DNA of 64,000 bases from Eledone cirrhosa (lineage: Eukaryota). Below are positions 28,470 to 39,600 of this stretch, piece after piece (the stretch's first letter is position 1; each line of letters opens with the position of its first letter). The stretch is from assembly GCA_964016885.1 (NCBI GenBank), contig OZ024742.1, positions 259,036,001 to 259,100,000 of the forward strand. Direction: 5' to 3'. The notes under the pieces were generated by a model. The model saw only the letters and a list, made by a program, of their open reading frames with translations, made no database searches and had not been told where the DNA came from. Both the position numbers and the translations under genes were made by a program.

Positions 28470-28610
28470 TCACTGCTGCTTTATTCATCGACCCCGTGGG
28501 GATGGAAGGCATAGCGGATGTCAGTTTAATTTAAACTCAGATCGTAGGGGGCCTTAACCAAGTCCGCAAACGCATTTGTCCAACGTTCTACAGATTCTAC
28601 CAATCCATTT
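28470..28610 (-). mobile_element. Diverged SINE family 1
   Basis: tttattcatcgaccccgtggggatggaaggca...aactcaga. Confidence 0.65.
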
Positions 28611-29843
28611 CTCAAATACAATGTATTTGTGTATGTATAACACACACACACACACACATATATATATGTTTTTCTGTGTATGTATGAGCTTGTATGGGCG
28701 CATGTCTGCGTGGATGATAGTGTGTTTGTGCGAGATATGTGAAAAAGAATGATTGCATAGTTTTTTTTTATTGTATATTGTTGCACAAATCGTCTACTAT
28801 AATGTTGATAGACATAAAAACGTAGGAAGATCAATAAGATGAAATACAGATGGAAACACCAAATGGAATAGTGATTATGAAATGTGTATATGTGTGTTTT
28901 TATAGATCTGATAGATATGGGTGTGCTTTGTGCGTAAGAAAAGAGAGGGATAGGAGAACGAAGACTAAAACACGAAGGTAGAATGCAAAAGAATGAAGGT
29001 ACGATATAAATAACGATATAAAGGAAATCATACTATGTAAGTAGAAAGAAAAAGTAAACAGACAAGGAAATGTTAAAATAAATATAGACCAAAATATATG
29101 TAAATAATAAACTAGACAAAATTAAAAAAATAGATTTGAAATCGAAGGAAAATATAGGATAAGAGGGTAAATAAATGAAAAATACAAACATGATTATGAA
29201 CAAAAAAAAATAATATGGAAACATGGAAGACGGCGAGAGAAATAAATATAATGATAATAAAAATGGTAAGTTCGTAGACGGAAAGAAAAATGTAAATTGA
29301 TAGAAAGTTATAATGACAAAATTCAAACAAGAATGGCGGAATCTGTGGTAAGATATTATCAGAGAATTGAGAACTAGATACACGTAGAAGGAAAAGAAAT
29401 GTAACAGTGTATATAAATAAGAAGGAAAATATATCATAAAAAGCATGGAATAAAGGAGAAAGAAGCGGCTATTATATAAAGGAAATTAATGAAAGATGAA
29501 TGAAAATTCTGAAAAGGAAAATGATAAAGAGGAGCTAAAAATTTGTTCTCAAAAAGATGAAAGCACATCTGAGCATATAAGAAAAACAATTACCACACAA
29601 ATAAGGGAAAATAAACAAAACGCATATTTACTATTTCACAAATTACGATAATGACGAAATCTCATTATATATTTATATGTACTTCAATTTTGTATTTTTT
29701 TGCAAGATTTCTTATCTGAAAACATGTATTGATACATATACTGATATATTTTGGGAGGGTCATTCAGCCAATAAAAACACTCGCCCATGTTGATTTTCAC
29801 TTATATTATTTTACAAATTTCCGGATCGTAGTTTATATATATA

Positions 29844-30213
29844 ATGTTATATTTTGGGAGGGTCATATTGTTATAATATTGCCAGAAATAATAATAAAAC
29901 GCATTCGCTGTTTGGCTTGGATTGGTTTTCGCTTCTGTATCTTTTATATCGCCATAGTTGGCAATCCATATTTATAATTGATTGACCAATGGTTAAATAT
30001 ACAGATATAAATATAGTCTATCAAATTCCTTTCGTCACGCATCTCTGACATCATCAGTGGTATTATTATTTTTCCTCCCGTTGTATTGTAATGCCTTCGC
30101 CATTTTTATATAAAAGATACAGAAGCGGAAACCAACCCAAACCAAACAGTGAGTGTGATCTATTATTATTTCTGGCAATTTTATGACAATATGACCCTCT
30201 CCAAATATAACAA
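29844..30213. repeat. ~106-bp imperfect inverted repeat with ~160-bp spacer
   Basis: 29844-29949 matches the reverse complement of 30108-30213 (agggtcatattg...ttgccagaaataataat...gcttctgtatcttttatat). Confidence 0.9.
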
Positions 30214-30293
30214 TATTTGTTTCAACACACGTTTTCATATCAAAAACTTTTCAAACCAAATATAAATGTGTGTGTGTGTTTGTATGTATATGC

Positions 30294-30339
<46 letters not shown>

Positions 30340-30544
30340 TTGTATGTATATGTATATATATATATATGTGTGTGTGTGTGTGCGTGTGTGTGTGCGTATG
30401 TGCGTGTGTGTGTGTAGATACTGTTATTTCTCCGTGTTTAGTCATGTTCAGTTCATATTCCTCATATACAACGTTGTATTTCAAGGAATTAATGAAATTT
30501 TTCAACCGATTTTAGATTATTTTATTAGCGAATAATCTGCATTT

Positions 30545-30790
30545 TACGTTCAATGTTCCATGCTTACATGGATTGATTGGGTCCTTTCCAACCGAATATT
30601 TCTCCATTCGTAGCATTCCTTTGTCCACTATTCTGTAAGTTTCAGTAAGCTCTAACCATATTTATCCACGTTGTTCTCGGTCTTTTTCTATTTCAGCTTC
30701 CTTCCACTGTCAGCTCCTAGCACTTCTTTCCTCAGTGTTTGTCCTCAATATGTCTGACATATTCATGCCAGCGAGTATAAGTTCGATGCA
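30545..30790 (-). pseudogene. RTE LINE 3'-end remnant
   Basis: Minus strand reads LTVEG..KRPRTTW (compare RTE VEG..RGRP..TW), followed by the ccatgtaagcatggaa tail. Confidence 0.55.
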
Positions 30791-30952
30791 TGGCACATTT
30801 ATTTTCTCTAAACTACGTGTTCCTGTTACTTCACTATCTCACTTCATATTCGGCTCTCTATAACAGGTTTCTTTTCTTGGTTTTACTCCATCTCCTATTC
30901 TAACCATTGTTAACATATCTATCGCCTTGGTATTATTTTAGTTTATCGTAAT

Positions 30953-31285
30953 GGCGGTGGATTGGCAGTATCGGTAGAGGGTCGAGCGCCGTGCTTTGAC
31001 GCATAGAGTTACGGCTGTTTCCATTCTGAGTTCAAATCCCGCCGAGGTCAACTTTGCCTTTCATCCTTACGGGGTCGATAAAATAACGTAGCAGTAATAC
31101 ACTGAGATAATTGCTGGCCTTGTGCCAAAAGTAGAAACAATTATTTTAGTTTATCGACCCCGTAAGGATGAACGTCGAGGTTAACTTTGCCTTTCATCCT
31201 TACGGGGTCGATAAAATAAGGTACCAGTAACGTACTGGGTAATTGCTGGTCTTGTGCCAAAAGTAGAAACAATTATTTTAGTTTA
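30953..31285 (+). mobile_element. SINE family 1 plus a second 3'-half copy with a short inverted piece
   Basis: Full copy 30953-31140, inverted ttatcgaccccgtaaggatgaa at ~31151-31172, 3' half 31175-31272; attattttagttta occurs three times. Confidence 0.9.
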
Positions 31286-31304
31286 CTTACTAAATAGGAA
31301 AACA

Positions 31305-31555
31305 TGTAACCTACTGGTAAAATAGTTGGTCTCATGTTCAGAAGGTCTTGGTTTAGGTTATCATATCACTATAGGCAAAGCCCTTCATTTCACATTGCTT
31401 TTCAGCTTAGCTGAAAATTACTACCATTGACTGATGGGAGTTAGCAATACGATAGACTATCGCCTCGTCAAGAGTTGTCTTATACTCACAGTCGCTTAAC
31501 ACACACAAGAACATAATAAGCTGCATAATTCGTCAAACCCATGAAAGCATGAAAA
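31305..31555 (+). mobile_element. Diverged SINE family 2 with RTE-like tail
   Basis: ggcaaagcccttcatttcacattgct...cagcttagctgaaaa...cccatgaaagcatg. Confidence 0.5.
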
Positions 31556-31806
31556 ATAAAACTAATATATAATACTTACGTATAACTCACTCATAATTGA
31601 TAAGCATCATAAATATTATGAAAGTATGCGATGGATATAAATCAACGAAAATGTTCAAAAAATCTCTTGAGAATTACAGCAAATAACGATTTTAAAATTT
31701 ATCATGTATTCTATCATGTCGGTTGTGTGTGAGTCTGAGGTTTCATTTTCTAATATTTAGGTGCACATGTTGTCGATATACTGTATTTATACTGAATAAA
31801 GAATAT

Positions 31807-31879
<73 letters not shown>

Positions 31880-32160
31880 GGCAATGAGTGTTCCTGCTGT
31901 AATCAACGGAACAGGATTGCTCATGAAATGAACATGCAAGTGCCTACAAAGTAGCATACGTTTACTAAAGTAATCTTCTGTTAAAGTAATCTTCAGCATG
32001 TTACAAGGATCTCCCTTTGAATTACAGATATTTCATTTTTGTCAGTTGAGTGGAGTAGAGCAACATGAAATAAAGTGTCTTAATCAAGGATAAAACATGC
32101 TGCTGGGATTCGAACTCACAACTTTGCAATCATGTGTTAGATATCCGAAAAACTAAGCCA
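31880..32160 (-). mobile_element. SINE family 2
   Basis: ctttgaattacag...gagtggagtagagcaacatgaaataaagtgtctt...gggattcgaactcac...actaagcc. Confidence 0.75.
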
Positions 32161-32755
32161 GATTCTTATCATTAGATATAAGAACAATTTTATGTACACA
32201 TTACATGCGAATACGCATGAAGTTATGTAACAACTAGCTAGAAGAATAAACGTTGTGAAGAATCAAGACAGCTATTAAAATAAGAAACCATTTAACAATA
32301 TCAAGTTACAACTTACAATCAGGATAATGACACCCACTTTAAATATGTTTTATTAAGCATTAGAAAAGGTGTTGTGGAACTTACGGGAAGGCGCATGGAC
32401 CGGCGTTTCATTACTGCAACGAGCAGTAAGTTGTCACATTGAACAAGACATATTTCACGTTGTTTCAGTCCACTAAGCTAGCAGAAATTATTGAAAGCAA
32501 GCAATGAGTATTAATAGCAAATATTGCATCTATTATTCACTGTATTTCTGTGTTATTCTTGCTTTTTCCGGATATTTCGTTTAAAATATATTTGACAGAA
32601 TTCAACCATCATGGGTGAGAGTGGTCTGATGAAGTTTGTCCTATCATAACTTGTATAGAGGGTGGATATTAATGATATTAGGTTATTGTATTTTGAATTG
32701 TATCTGTCTGTTGACGTACGCTAAATTAAGGATATATATATATATATATATATAT

Positions 32756-32817
32756 ATGAGTACGCTGAGATACAACCAGTCCGGCATTGATAAATATGGT
32801 GGGTCCGTCAACTTATG

Positions 32818-32875
<58 letters not shown>

Positions 32876-32931
32876 TTGACCGACCCAGCATATTTATCAA
32901 TGCCGGAATGGTTGTATCTCAGCGTACTCAT
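32756..32931. repeat. 61-bp near-perfect inverted repeat around a (TA)n spacer
   Basis: Arms 32756-32816 and 32871-32931 differ at 3 positions. Confidence 0.95.
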
Positions 32932-32952
32932 ATATATATAAATATATATATA

Positions 32953-35556
32953 GTATAAAAGACAAAACACAGGTAAGCATTAAGAGAAGGATTTTATCCA
33001 GGTATTTACGACCGTTTCATTGGTAAGTGCAACCTTATATTGCTATACTGCAAATACCAGCCACTCAATTATAATTGTTGTTCACAGTCCAAATTTTCAA
33101 AATAGTGAGTAAGTTACTCTTGAAATAATTCTTAATATATAGAGAAAAACATTTATTTGGAATTGTGTTTACTAGTATAGAGAGAGAGGAATCAGAAGGT
33201 GAGGGGACAAACGGAATAGTATAGAGAGAGAGAGGAAGGGGGAAGAGTTAGGAAGTAGAGTGACAAACTGAGATGGAGGGAGGGGTGGAGGTGGAAGGAT
33301 TCCTTGATCAGTTTTGATATTCAGACTTCATGTCGTGGAATGTAGTGAGTTAAAGAGAATTAAATTGATCATAGTGGGAGAGATGGATAGAGATAGAGAT
33401 AGAGGGGGAGATATAAAGAGATAAATATATATATAAAAAATAAAGATAAAGATAATAATGACAAAAATAAAAGCAAAAAAGGAGGGAGAAAGAAGAAAAG
33501 AAAAAATAGCCAAGAAGGGGAGGGAAGGAAAGAAGAAAACGAAGAAATAGAAGAGGAATGAAGGAGAAGGGGGGTATAGGTATTGGTTTTTGTGGGTAAT
33601 TAAAAGGGTTTAGATACAACAAGAGGGTATAAAGTCTAAGTATATGCAGTTTGTCAGTTGGTAGTAAGAGGTTAAGGGATCGATTTGCACTTGTAGTGCG
33701 AAAACTTCTCTTTGAGTCTATGGTTACAATAAATTGATCTTTCGATTTTATTGTTGAGTAACTTATTCTTCGAACTCAAGATGTGGAACAGCTCAAGGTC
33801 GCATAATCGACAGCTTCTCATATCACTCCGATATGGGGGCGCGTTCGATCATTTTTTCCACTTCAGGGTGTATTGATGGTTACTTTCCCTCAGTTGCCAG
33901 GTCTTGTTTGCTGGGAATGTTTCATTGCTTAACGGTTCAGTATACCAACGGGCTTTAAATGTATTCCCAGTCGCTCCGATGTAATACCATTTCTGGTTGT
34001 CTAATTCCAATGTGCATTGGTAAACCAGGTTAGACTGCATACATTCATTATGTAATGGACAGATTTCAGGTAGGTGGCAGTTACAATTCTTGTCATGGGC
34101 AACTTTGGCATTATTGGTGGGCTGCGATGCCTGTACAAGTGTGTTACGTTTTGTTTGCCTATTAGCGGGTGGTTGTGTATTAGATATTCTGTTGTGTTCA
34201 ATGGTGATTGTATTGTTATTGTTGTAAATTTGTATTTTGGTGTTGTTATGTATCTTTTTAGCGTTAAGCATCTTAATGTGTGCCTCTATATTTGGTGCCG
34301 TGGAGTAAGATAGTCTAATAGATTTAGTGTTAAGGATTTTGCTGTATCTATGTGAATCTGGACAGTGCTTATTTATTATTCTAAAGAAGGTAGAGGGTAG
34401 GTTAGTACTAATAGAGGTGTTAAATATGGGGTTGTACCAAATATATTTTCTACTACGTGACTTGTTTGATTTCGATGTTGTATTTTTATTTACCGTACAC
34501 TTTGTAGTTCTATGCGTAAGTGCGTGTGCGCGTTTGTTTCTGGAGTTTGTGTTATGCGTGTTCGTGTGCGCTTTACGGAGGCTCTCATCTTTATATTCTA
34601 CTCTATCTAAATGGTATTGTAGTATTCTGCATGTTCTTCGAAGATTTGTCGGTTAGACGAGAGGCCGGAGATCCTAAGGGATATGCTGCGTGGAATGGAT
34701 TTAATTATGGATAGTGGGTGGTTTGAGTTACAGTTGATGTATGCTAAGTTTTCATTAATCTTGTGAAAAGGTCTTATAAGTCCTGTATTTAGGTTAAGCG
34801 TCGCGTCTAGAAAGTTAACTGTTTTAGTGGTATACTCATACGTTATGCTAAGACCTAGTTTCCGAGAGTCTTTCTAATATTCTTACGGAGTCTTACTATG
34901 CTCTGGTTATTTAGGTTCTTAACTAGGAGAAGGGCGTCGTCTCTGTAGATTCCACCGTGAAGGTCGCTAAACTCACTTTGTAAACTATGGGCTATGTAAA
35001 TACCTACTAAATCTGTGACTTGAGCCGAGTCGTTAGCCCCCACCGTGATGTCAAAGTAATTTAATCTATCCTTACGTTCCCAATAGGCGTTTTCAAATTT
35101 AATTATTGTTTTCCTGACAACTAACATGATCTTTATCTCGTCGTCTGTTATGTCAGAATTGGTTTGGCGAAGGCTAAGGTTTTATTCAAGGTGTTGGGGG
35201 ATATAGATGAGTAATAATCGTTAATGTCAAATTGTATAAATTTAGAAACTTCTTTGTTAGCTATATTGTTAAACCACTTAATTATTTCGGTAGCGTTACC
35301 CCATAGTTTAATCACTAGTTTATTCTTCATTTGTGCTATCACTCTGTCTAAATAAATGTTTTTCTCTATATATTAAGAATTATTTCAAGAGTAACTTACT
35401 CAAACATTTTGAAAATTTGGACTGTGAACAACAATTATAATTGAGTGACTGCTATTTGCAGTATAGCAATATAAGGTTGCACTTACCAATGAAACGGTTG
35501 TAAATACCTGGATAAAATCCTTCTCTTAATGCTTACCTGTGTTTTCTCTTTTATAC
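32953..35556 (-). mobile_element. 5'-truncated Penelope-like retroelement, Naiad type, with inverted pseudo-LTR
   Basis: RT motifs FIQFDINDYYSSIS, FDITVGANDSAQVTDLVG and GIYRDD; CNCx5Cx5C; VYQC..YYIG (GIY-YIG); CRLC; LLN..E..CNH. Inverted repeats at 32953-33158 and 35350-35556. Confidence 0.9.
33672..35349 (-). pseudogene. Disrupted RT/GIY-YIG ORF of the Penelope-like element
   Basis: ORF pieces 35148-35342, 34855-35127 and 33849-34271; in-frame continuation SNAPPYRSDMRSCRLCDLE...CNHRLKEKFSHYKCKSIP* ends at 33672. Confidence 0.88.
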
Positions 35557-35741
35557 TTTATACTCCAAGATTGAACGGAATTCTTACAAACTTGTGGAGT
35601 TACCCCTAACCGTACTTTGAAACCATCCATGAAACTGGCTTTCTTAACCACGAAATGGATCACAAAAAGCAATTTTCTGCTTCCCTAACTATATATATAT
35701 ATATATGCTTCCCTAACTATATATATATATATATGCTTAAT

Positions 35742-35777
<36 letters not shown>

Positions 35778-36042
35778 CAAAGTCAAAATTTCCTATCGTT
35801 ATATATATACATATATATATTATATATATATGTATGTATATATATAACGATAGGAAATTTTTTCTTTTGACAGCATCAACACTTTTTACTCCATGAGTCG
35901 AAAAATAGGTTGAGCAGCGCTGCAAAAACTATTCCCTAAACCAAATATCATGAAAAGATATCTACGTCCACACTTCTATCTAAAAGTTAAAAAAAAAATC
36001 CCGTCATTGACTCATCGAATAAACAAAACAAAGCGAATTAAG

Positions 36043-36180
36043 TAACTAACTCACTGACACACACTAACACTTGTATTTTCTATTCTTTCTAAACACAGAA
36101 TATCGATAAACATGATGTGCCTAAAAACTTTTAAATGAAACCTAGATACAAGATACAAGAGAAAAAAACAGAAGGTATGA
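36043..36180 (+). other. Strong 3' splice site with a candidate 76-nt exon (36099-36174)
   Basis: Branch-like ACTAAC/ACTGAC three times (last at 36063-36068), pyrimidine tract, CAG at 36096-36098; donor AAG|GTATGA at 36175. Confidence 0.4.
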
Positions 36181-36235
36181 AATCTTCTAAAATAAATACT
36201 TTAAAACATCAGTATATTTATAAACAGAATCCTGT

Positions 36236-36388
<153 letters not shown>

Positions 36389-36624
36389 CCCCAACATCCT
36401 TCTAAGTAAATAGTCTACAGAGAGATTGCACAATTACTTGTCGGATAGATTGTGTGCGAGAGGTAGTTTTTTTGTTCCAGGTACCTGCAGGTTTAGTTAC
36501 CTTTCATATCATGAAATGTAACGTGAAATAAAACAATTTAGTTATTGGACCGTCTCAGCACTAGGTCACCTGGATTTAGTTTTATAGATAATTACTATAG
36601 AATGTATAAACATACATTACACCA

Positions 36625-39600
36625 ATTCATTACTAAGATCTTCACAACAATAACCAAAATCCAGATAATTACAGAGGGAACTAAAACAAAACCAACGCCT
36701 AAATCGTTCCTAAGTCCGTCACGATAATATCCAACTATAACATCATAACTAACACTATCACAGCAATAAGCAACACTAACATCATTACTAATGACAACAC
36801 AGCAATAACCAACTCTAACATCGTTACTAAGACTATCACAGCAATAAGTAACACCAACACCATTACTAATGGCAACACAGCAATAACCAACTCTAACATC
36901 ATAACTAAGACTATCACAGCAATAAGCAACACCAACATCATTACTAATGACAACACAGCAATAAGCAACTCTAACATCGTTACTAAGACTATCACAACAA
37001 TAAGCAATACCAACATCATTACTAATGCCAACACAGCAATAACCAGCTCTAACATCAATACTAAGACTATCACAACAATAAGCAATACCAACATCATTAC
37101 TAATGCCAACACAGCAATAACCAACTCTAACATCATAACTAAGACTATCACAGCAATAAGCAATACCAACACCATTACTAATGGCAACAAAGCAATAACC
37201 AGCTCTAACATCATAACTAACACTATCACAGCAATAAGCAATACCAACATCATTACTAATGCCAACACAGCAATAACCAGATATAACATCATTACTAAGA
37301 CTATCACAGCAATAATCAACACCAACATCATTACTAATGACAACACAGGAATAACCAGCTCTAACATCATAACTAACAGTATCACAGCAACACAGCAATA
37401 ACCAGCTCTAACACCATAACTAAGACTATCACAGCAATAAGCAACACCAACATCATTACTAATGGCAACACAGCAATAACCAACTCTAACATCATAACTA
37501 AGACTATCACAGCAATAAGCAACACCAACATCATTACTAGAGACAACACAGCAATAACCAACTCTAACATCATTACTAAGACTATCACAGCAATAAGCAA
37601 CACCAACATCATTACTAATGGCAACACAGCAATAACCAGCTCTAACATCATTACTAAGACTATCACTGCAATAAGCAACACCAACATCATTACTAATGAC
37701 AAGGCAGAAATAACCAGCTCTAACATCATTACTAAGACTATCACAGCAATAAGCAACACCAAAATCATTACTAATGGCAACACAGCAATAACCAGCTCTA
37801 ACATCATTACTAAGACTATCACAGCAATAAGCAACACCAACATCATTACTAATGGCAACACAGCAATAACCAGCTCTAACACCATAACTAAGACTATCAC
37901 AGCAATAAGCAACACCAACATCATTACTAATGGCAACACAGCAATAACCAGCTCTAACATCATTACTAAGACTATCACAGCAATAAGCAACACCAACATC
38001 ATTACTAGAGACAACACAGCAATAAACAACTCTAACATCATTACTAAGACTATCACAGCAATAAGCAACACCAACATCATTACTAATGGCAACACAGCAA
38101 TAACCAGCTCTAACATCATTACTAAGACTATCACAGCAATAAGCAACACCAACATCATTACTAATGGCAACACAGCAATAACCAGCTCTAACACCATAAC
38201 TAAGACTATCACAGCAATAAGCAACACCAACATCATTACTAATGGCAACACAGCAATAACCAACTCTAACATCATAACTAAGACTATCACAGCAATAAGC
38301 AACACCAACATCATTACTAGAGACAACACAGCAATAACCAACTCTAACATCATTACTAAGACTATCACAGCAATAAGCAACACCAACATCATTACTAATG
38401 GCAACACAGCAATAACCAGCTCTAACATCATTACTAAGACTATCACTGCAATAAGCAACACCAACATCATTACTAATGACAAGGCAGAAATAACCAGCTC
38501 TAACATCATTACTAAGACTATCACAGCAATAAGCAACACCAAAATCATTACTAATGGCAACACAGCAATAACCAGCTCTAACATCATTACTAAGACTATC
38601 ACAGCAATAAGCAACACCAACATCATTACTAATGGCAACACAGCAATAACCAGCTCTAACACCATAACTAAGACTATCACAGCAATAAGCAACACCAACA
38701 TCATTACTAATGGCAACACAGCAATAACCAGCTCTAACATCATTACTAAGACTATCACAGCAATAAGCAACACCAACATCATTACTAGAGACAACACAGC
38801 AATAAACAACTCTAACATCATTACTAAGACTATCACAGCAATAAGCAACACCAACATCATTACTAATGGCAACACAGCAATAACCAGCTCTAACATCATT
38901 ACTAAGACTATCACAGCAATAAGCAACACCAACATCATTACTAATGGCAACACAGCAATAACCAGCTCTAACACCATAACTAAGACTATCACAGCAATAA
39001 GCAACACCAACATCATTACTAATGGCAACACAGCAATAACCAACTCTAACATCATTACTAAGACTATCACAGCAATAAGCAACACCAACATCATTACTAA
39101 TGGCAACACAGCAATAACCAGCTCTAACACCATAACTAAGACTATCACAGCAATAAGCAACACCAACATCATTACTAATGGCAACACAGCAATAACCAGC
39201 TCTAACATCATTACTAAGACTATCACAGCAATAAGCAACACCAACATCATTACTAGAGACAACACAGCAATAAACAACTCTAACATCATTACTAAGACTA
39301 TCACAGCAATAAGCAACACCAACATCATTACTAATGGCAACACAGCAATAAACAACTCTAACATCATAACTAAGACTATCACAGCAATAAGCAATACCAA
39401 CATCATTACTAATGACAACACAGCAATAAACAACTCTAACATCATAACTAAGAATATCACAGCAATAAGCAATACCAACATCATTACTAATGACAACACA
39501 GCAATAACCAGCTCTAACATCATAACTAAGAATATCACAGCAATAAGCAATACCAACATCATTACTAATGGCAACACAGCAATAACCAGCTCTAACATCA

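Noticed and set aside
29000-29620. Hydrophobic minus-strand ORFs
   Set aside because: By-product of A-rich low-complexity sequence.
33295-33340. SECIS-like ATGA...AAAA...TGAT in the Naiad 3' region (minus strand)
   Set aside because: No complementary 3' arm for helix II, and the in-frame TGA at 33849 is not at a Cys position.
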